From assembly GCA_964016885.1 (NCBI GenBank), contig CAXHJY010000018.1, positions 1 to 64,000 on the forward strand: a stretch of DNA of 64,000 bases, in the 5' to 3' direction. The stretch is from Eledone cirrhosa (lineage: Eukaryota). This document shows, piece after piece, positions 56,640-64,000 of this stretch. A program made the position numbers and the translations under genes. The notes under the pieces are model-generated. The model had not been told where the DNA came from. It made no database searches and saw nothing but the letters and a program-made list of their open reading frames with translations. The stretch's first letter is position 1. Every line of letters starts with the position of its first letter.

Positions 56640-57143
56640 TTGTCACATGATCATCCCTATTGTAAAGTCCTCTTAGACCCTATATTGAATCTCATCAAAT
56701 GTATTACTTATGTCTTAATGCTTGTACTGGTGGTCAGATATTATTGTATATCACCTCAAAATCACAATGCTTTGAAGTTTATACTCTAGCACTATCTCAA
56801 TAGTTCAACTGGAAAACTTAGTCCAGTGTAAAAGATAGCATAATGGTTGCTATATGTACTTTAAATAAATAAACTAAAAATACAAAGATAAACAAAAACC
56901 CAATATATCTTCTATAAACCCCAGCTATTTATCAGCTATTAAATATTTTAGCAAAACTCTTCACTGGACAACAAAGATTGTCACATGATCATCCATATTG
57001 TATGGTCCTCTTAGACCCTATATTGAATCTCATCAAATTTATTACTTATGTCTTAATGCTTGTACTGGTGGACAGGTATATCACCTCAAAATCACAATAC
57101 TTTGAAGTTTATACTCTAGCACTACCTCAATAGTTCAACTGGA
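56640..57143. repeat. Local direct duplication of about 170 bp (56640-56814 and 56978-57143)
   Basis: ttgtcacatgatcatcc...tagaccctatattgaatctcatcaaat...caatagttcaactgga occurs twice. Confidence 0.85.
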
Positions 57144-59664
57144 GTAAAAAGAATTTAAATAATTATTATGTCTTTCGTTCAGTGTGAAACAAAATTAATT
57201 CTATAAGAAAATTTTCAATTTAGATTTATTTGAAATAGCAAGGAATATCATTCTCCACGCCTCCAAAAGTAAGGGAGTGACATTCTCCTGTGTTCCCATA
57301 ATACTACACAATTATATACAGGAACTTAACAACACTAGTAAAAACGTAATTAGGAGGAGCCAGTGGGAAGACGGAGTTAAAGAAATGGGAGGTAGCTAGC
57401 AAAGGGGATAACAGTTGGTCAATGTATTTAGAGATGATTTTGGTTGGGAAGTGGCAAAGTGGAAACAGTGGGCTAATATACATCATGGCTTGAAAAATCT
57501 TGGAGAGGAAGTTAATAGGGGAGGTTCATGGTTTGTAAATGATAAGGGTAGTAGCTATGGAAGGGTTACTGAGTAACTGGAGCACTTAAGGCTTACAGAG
57601 ATCAGTTTGGCATAAAACAGTAGTACTTTATTTGCTTGCTGGTTTGACACAATAGTGTAATGTCGCTATCAAATACAGGGGAGTGAGACCAGTTTTAATT
57701 CAGACATACTAATATATCTTAACTGCTTTCAGGAATCAAATCAATTTTATCCTTACTGGTGAACAGGTCTAATGCACAGACTAATACCATCTGACCAAGT
57801 GAAACAAAGACAGCAAAATAATTGAAGTATCAACCGACTTTCTACGTTGAAATAATGACAAGCTGTCATCAAGTCTCAATAAATCTCAAGTTATCCTTAT
57901 CACCATCGCCACCATTACTGTTCAACATCTATTTTCTATGACTGCATAGGTTATCACATGTTGACTATCAATTTTGTCTATATCTGATGGCCACTCCTTG
58001 TCGTGGTGGAGGTGGTTGCATGGTCCAATGACTTTGAGAGCAATACCATTGTCAGTTCTAAGTTCCTGGTAGGGCCACCCTTGTTAGCAAGGTCGAAGAC
58101 AAGGACCCAGACTATGTGCAACGAATCCCCAAAGACCCCAACAGTGGAACAAGCGGAGCGGATGAAGAGGGCTATGCATGACGAACATGCGACAGAAGGT
58201 GCCACTTAAAACTATAATCAAGTCAATGGCAGTCTGTTGCAGTATCATGAGTTGATCCTGCATGCTTCATTCCATATTTCCAACAGAGGAACGTCATGAA
58301 ATCAAGTGTGTGACTCACTTCCTAGCAAGCTGAGGCCCACCTTAAACAAATTCACACCATCGGCACATTTTTCTACTATGATTTTCTTTCACCTTCAGCC
58401 AGTGAAATCATCATCTAAACTTTTACACATACAAAAAAAAAAAAAAAAATTCAATGCTAATATTTTGGGTGAAACATTTTCTGACAAGCAAAATGTAACC
58501 AATGTAAGGAAATATTATATCATGGAGTGTGAATTAAGGTTCTAATATTGATCATACATAGCACATCCAAAGTGCTATCAACTTTCAAATAGGTTTGTCT
58601 ATTTCCAAGTATAGCAGAGCGTGAGTGTAACTGATCAAAGCCACGCTAACATTTAGTCTGCCAACTCTAAGATTTTAGATCTGTAGGTCATAAGATACTT
58701 GTTTGTAAAAAATAAAAGGCAAATAAATGAAAATAAATATAACCTCCCCCATAAAAAACAAAAACAAAAACTGAAAATCCACAAAAACAAAAATGAAACA
58801 AAAACAGGAACAAAAAACAATTACTGAAGAATAAAATCAAGGGTAAATTAAAAATAGCTATGATGATTATGATGACGTTGAAGTTAATAGAGATTCCAAA
58901 GTTGCTGTTGATGATGATGATGATGGTGACAAAATAATCTTCTCTAACAAGATAAACAGCAGATTTCAATTAATCTTTAGTGAACATACATTTAGGTAGC
59001 CATATTGGTTCCAGTTTGTTTTAATGTGAACAACTGTCTATTGTCATACTTTATTTTCTAAAGATTGGACTCACTACTGTTAGAATGATTTCAATTAGTT
59101 CTCAACAAAACACTTCAGGATGTTTTCAAACTGTTGAAATCAACATATGTACAATACATGATGAATAGAACAAAACAGCCTCTATTCTCTTCTATACCAG
59201 CTGAGATCCACAACTAAACAGACTATTGCTTTAGGACAAAGAACTAACTTATAATTGTAATGTATTTTTTAAAGAATATCTAAGCACCAAAATACAAAAC
59301 TTGAGAAAATAACATAAACCCTTGTTTACCATTGTGTTATTCAGAAACTAAAATTTCTGTTCTGAGACAAGCAAAAAAAAAATCAATAGCCATCTAATCC
59401 AGCAAGACATAGTCCATGATAGAAAATAACCTTTGGTGTTTTGTTTCAATTTTCAGTTGTCATTATTATTGATTGAGAATATGGAGATAAGTTATGAAAT
59501 ATGGATACATTTGATATGCATGTGTACATACATGCATGCACATGCACATTCACACATGCATGCAGATGCACACAAACATACAAGCATGTACAAACAAGCA
59601 TGCAACATCCTTGTTTAACAGTAAGTCGTGCTTTTTGATATACCTTATCAACATTATGTGAAGG

Positions 59665-59900
59665 TGTGTGGATTGGCAGTATTGGTAGAGGGTTGACTTT
59701 GCCTTTCATCCTTATGGGGTTGATAAAATAAAGTACCAGTAATGTACTGGGTAATTGCTGGCCTTGTGCCAAAAGTAGAAACAATTATGTGAAGGTGTGT
59801 GGCTTAGTAGTTAAGGTACTGGGCTCATGGTCATGAATTCAATTTTCAGACTGTTGTGTCTTTGAGCATGATTCTTTATTTCACATCTTCTGCAGTCAAT
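59665..59900 (+). mobile_element. Internally deleted SINE followed by a second SINE 5' fragment
   Basis: ggattggcagtattggtagagg...ttgactttgcctttcatcc...ttgtgccaaaagtagaaaca, flanked by repeated attatgtgaaggtgtgtgg. Confidence 0.6.
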
Positions 59901-61794
59901 TCACCTCTGCCCAGGAAGTTGGTTAATATACTTAGATATTTAAGGAATTTTTGAAGTAACCCTATCTAAACCTGCATAAATCTTTATATATTGAAAGTTC
60001 TACTAATTTTGATTTTCAACTGTCTCGAGGGATCCCTAAAATCATATGTCTTGCCTCAGAGACAGGATTGAATCTGAAATCTTTTGATCAACTCTTCATC
60101 CCCTTAATCCCAAAGCTTTAAATCATCAAGGCATATCATTATCTGGGACTAATGAGATCCATCATCAATCTTGACAATAACCTTCGTTTTGATAACAAGA
60201 AATGAAATGGATGAAAATAAAGAATACAATTTACATTAAACACACAAAAAATAAATCATGATTCAGATAATTAGAACAATTGCAAAGGAAAAAAAGAATC
60301 AGTTAATAGTATTGTTTAAAGACAGCATTAATCAAAATGATTCCTAGAACTCTTAAACGGCAAGATGGAAATATTTCAGTAATAATAAATAAATGAATAA
60401 ATAAACACAACAAAGTATTGTCAATTATAAATCAGAGGTCATAAATTATATTCACATTAAATAGAATTTGCTATTAATTTAGATACTGACTCTTTCACTA
60501 ATTTAGTACAGTTATGCTATGTCTTCAGCAAGCCATTTACAAAATCAATATTTTTGCTGAACTTTGCCAATGATATAGAAGAAATGAGTACGATTGGAAA
60601 ATTATGTTACTAATATCAAATTTTGGGCTAGAAAACAATAACTAAACAAAGCTGTCAGAAAAATGGCTGTTGAATTTTATCAACCTATACTGTAGTGGTA
60701 GAAGCTTATAGACATATCAGTTAAGAAACTAGAATGTTGTTCTTGCTAAACTGATAGAAAACGATGCTAGACTGAAGAAAAATATTGTATGAATAATTTT
60801 CTTTCTATTTTTCATTGGAAATAGCAAAAGTAAGGGAAAACAGGGAGGATGGAGTAGCAGACTCTACACCCTGGTCCAGGAAGTATACCTCAATTGTGCT
60901 CCATTGACAAAATAGCAAAGGGATCACAGCAGAGATGGAAAAAGTAACTTAAAATCTATATGATACCAGTAAAGATTGGTCTTCCTTTTCAAGGCTAGAA
61001 AATACCCCACCCCCAGCAATTACTGTTTAAAAAGCTGAGGTAAGATTAACAACTGACTACTGCTCCCACATCTGTGACAGTGTTACTGCTACCCAGATAG
61101 ACATCCTAACTCACATGCAAAGAAAAGCAACTGATATATCAACACACTCCAGCATTTGGCTCACAGACATTCTGCATTTTCGATTGCTTTGATGGTAGCC
61201 TCTTCACTCTTAAGTTGGCTGATATCATGCCAACTGTACTTAGGCTTGCCTGACTTACTCCTATTGTCCAACCACCAGGACCTACACTAATCATTAAGCT
61301 AAGTTATTCCTCCCCATTTCTGGAATTCCATTTCTGCAAATGGTTTTCCTGCAGATGTAAATTTGTGACTATTCAAGGGGAATGTTAATTGTATTGGCCT
61401 CACCATAAGCCCAGCCCATTTGTCTTGATCAATCCAAATAATCTAATTTATTAATAAATGTATCCAGCATGGTGACATGTTTAATTGTCCACTCCATTGA
61501 GTAAACATGTAATGTAATTTGAAAAGTTCCCAATCTATGTATATTTCTATAAAAATGTTTGTACCAAATATTTCATGCAAAATATAGAGCATGATATACA
61601 AGAGTAAATATGGTATGCAATAAAAACACAAATGCTGGAATTTTCTATACCTCCACTAACTGAAGAAAACACAGCAGATAGTTCTGATCACAATGATGAT
61701 ACATAGATATGCAAATACTTGCATATACAGATATATACATATAAATAAATATGCATGCCTGCCTGCTTACCTAACTGTCTGTCTGTCTGTTTAT

Positions 61795-62240
61795 ATATCA
61801 TCAACATTGATTAGCATCTATTTTTCCACACTTGCATTGGTTGTCAGGTTGGGTGAGCATGTTTTGCGCATATGGACCTATATTTTGGGTTGGTTTCTAT
61901 GGTTGGATGCCCATCCTAATACCAACCACATTACAGTATGGGCTGGGTGCTTTTTATCGTGTCACCAAAATGACCATCTAACAAGGTGGACTAGGTGCTT
62001 TTTCATAGTGTTACCATCATAACCACCTTACAGTGGGAACTGGGCACTTTTTGTCATGTCATCAGTACAACCATTTTATAGAGTGGACAGGATACTACTT
62101 TTTTTGTGTTGCCAGCCCAACCACCTCCCATGGTGGAGTGGGAGATTTTGTCGTTGTGGCACCAGATCACCATACAGGGTGAATTTACTGTTTGTTTTTT
62201 TGTTGCAACAGCAGCATGGTAGGAGATCAGATGTGGTGCA
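61795..62240 (-). repeat. Degenerate RTE/SINE 3' UTR with ~45-bp tandem subrepeats
   Basis: ttggatgcccatcctaataccaaccac then repeated aaccac.ttacag..tgg.ctgggtgctttt units, related to 51606-51800 in reverse. Confidence 0.55.
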
Positions 62241-62599
62241 TGTCCAGCTTTCCATGAAGTATATCAGGGGTATGAGTAAGGTTTGGTGGGAAGGTGTAAA
62301 TAACTTTTAGATGGATGAGGTGAGTGGGGGACACACACATATACATATAAATACATACATTTACACACTCATATATATATATATATCTACACACACATAC
62401 ATACACAAACATCTATATAGGAAAGGATAGGAGCATAGTCGTGGGCATTTTAAACCTAGCTAAGGAGCTTGCTTCACAAACATGTGCTTCTGGGTCCAGT
62501 CTTGCTGTATGGCACCTTAGTTAAGTGTCTTCTACTATAGCCTGGGATTGACCAATACCTTGTGAATAGAATTTGGCAACTGCAGAAACCTATCATAGA

Positions 62600-63355
62600 C
62601 CCCTACCATATACTTCCTCCCCAAATTCCATAAACCAGACACACAGGCTGTCCCATTATCTTTGCATGCAGTTGTCTAAACAAATTTATTTTTGGCTTTC
62701 TTGGACTCCATCTTTGAACCCCTAGTAGCCCCCCTGCCATCCTACTTCTCCAACACCAATCATGCCCTCCGCCTCTTTGATTCCTTTATCTTCCAATCTG
62801 GCCCATCACCCCTTATCTTCACACTCAATATCAAGTCCCTCTATACTGTCATCTCCAGTGCCGAGGGCCTCATGACTCTCCAACATTTCCTTGATCCTCG
62901 TACATCACCTCAGCCTTCCACCTCCATCCTTATGCACCTGGCTGAGCTTATTCTCACCCTTAACTGTTTCTCTTTTTGGGTGAGATGTACCCAACTTCAG
63001 ATGGGGATGGGAGTGGACATGGGCACAAGATTGGGTCCAAATTATGCCAACTTCTTTCCTGGCTATGTTGAGGCCCAAATCTTTTTCCAATATACTGGCC
63101 CCACTCTCGAGCTATCAGACCTTATATTGATGATGGCATTGGCACTACTTACCCGAGTACAGCTCGACTCCATCCTCTCCTTCTTCTGTTCCTTCCACCC
63201 CACTCTTTACTTCACTACCTCTATCTCTTCTACTTCCATCCACTACCTGGATATCTCTGTTTCTATCAACCACTCCAATTGCTCCCTCATCATGTCAGCT
63301 TTCTTTAAATCCACTAACTCTCATGCCTACCACGACTTCACCTCCTTCCACCCAA
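62600..63355 (+). pseudogene. Degenerate PLE reverse transcriptase fragment (distinct family)
   Basis: YFLPKFHKP, LPSY..NTNHAL, FTLNIKSLYTVI, MGTRLGPNYAN, frameshifted YIDD, YLDISV. Confidence 0.8.
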
Positions 63356-63664
63356 ATTTTTGTTTACTTCTGGCCACTCACATACTAAGAGTACTTTGAA
63401 AGCAAGAAATTGAATAAGAGAACTTTGTATAGTGATTCATAGAGTAGAAGACAGAGGGAAAGACAGCAAGTGAGAGAGGGGAGGGTAGAGTGAGAAAAAG
63501 AGAGGGCGAGAGTGATAGAAGGGAGAGAGAAAGAAAACAAGCAAAATAAAGGAAAAAGTATAATTAAGTCACAGAGAAAAACAGGTGCACATGCACATGT
63601 GTGCATATGTGTGTGTATGCATATATGTGTAAAGGATGTTTATGTATTAAAAAGTTCAAATAAT

Positions 63665-63851
63665 TGTTTCTACTTTTGGCACAAGGCCAGCAATTACCCA
63701 GTGTATTACAGGTACTTTATTTTATTGACCCCGTAAGGATGAAAGGCAAAGTTAACCTCAGCGGGATTTGAACTCAGACCGTAAAGGGACGTAACTCTAT
63801 GCTTCAAAGCACGGTGTCCGACTCTCTACCGATACTGCCAATCTACCGTCC
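63665..63851 (-). mobile_element. tRNA-derived SINE with 17-bp TSD inside the 63400-64000 repeat
   Basis: TSD TAAAAAGTTCAAATAAT; the paralogous site near 44510 is empty. Confidence 0.88.
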
Positions 63852-64000
63852 TAAAAAGTTCAAATAATAAAAGAATTGTGGTGAATGTTCTCAAGGCAAT
63901 ACATTAATAAAAATCATGACAATATAGTAAATGTAGAAAATCATTGTGAAATAATCACTACAGATATTTTCGTACCTTATTAACGTAGAATTTGAAGTTA

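Noticed and set aside
53835-64000. Further upstream CACNA2D exons
   Set aside because: No segment with convincing splice sites and alpha2delta similarity found by eye; small exons may have been missed.

Overview
AT-rich eukaryotic (animal) DNA, most likely an octopod cephalopod judging by its SINE and RTE repeat families (inference). Three minus-strand exons of a voltage-gated calcium channel alpha2/delta (CACNA2D-family) gene encode its VWA domain (53684-53834, 45636-45800, 38455-38589); the rest appears to be intron packed with retroelements. The first 15.7 kb is a nearly mutation-free head-to-head array of a Penelope-like element (PLE) with a 4126-bp unit and an intact 1209-aa RT + GIY-YIG ORF carrying an Asn-rich insert. 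At least six further PLE or PLE-derived families follow, all docked in (AT)n microsatellites. Most carry a minimal type I hammerhead ribozyme motif (about 15 canonical cores read by eye), and six form inverted-repeat insertions with one short and one 50-90 nt longer tail. Also present are RTE LINE remnants, a young L1/Tx1-like LINE with one stop codon, tRNA-derived SINEs with TSDs, and hAT/Tc1-pogo MITEs. All calls were made by eye; boundaries inside microsatellites are approximate.
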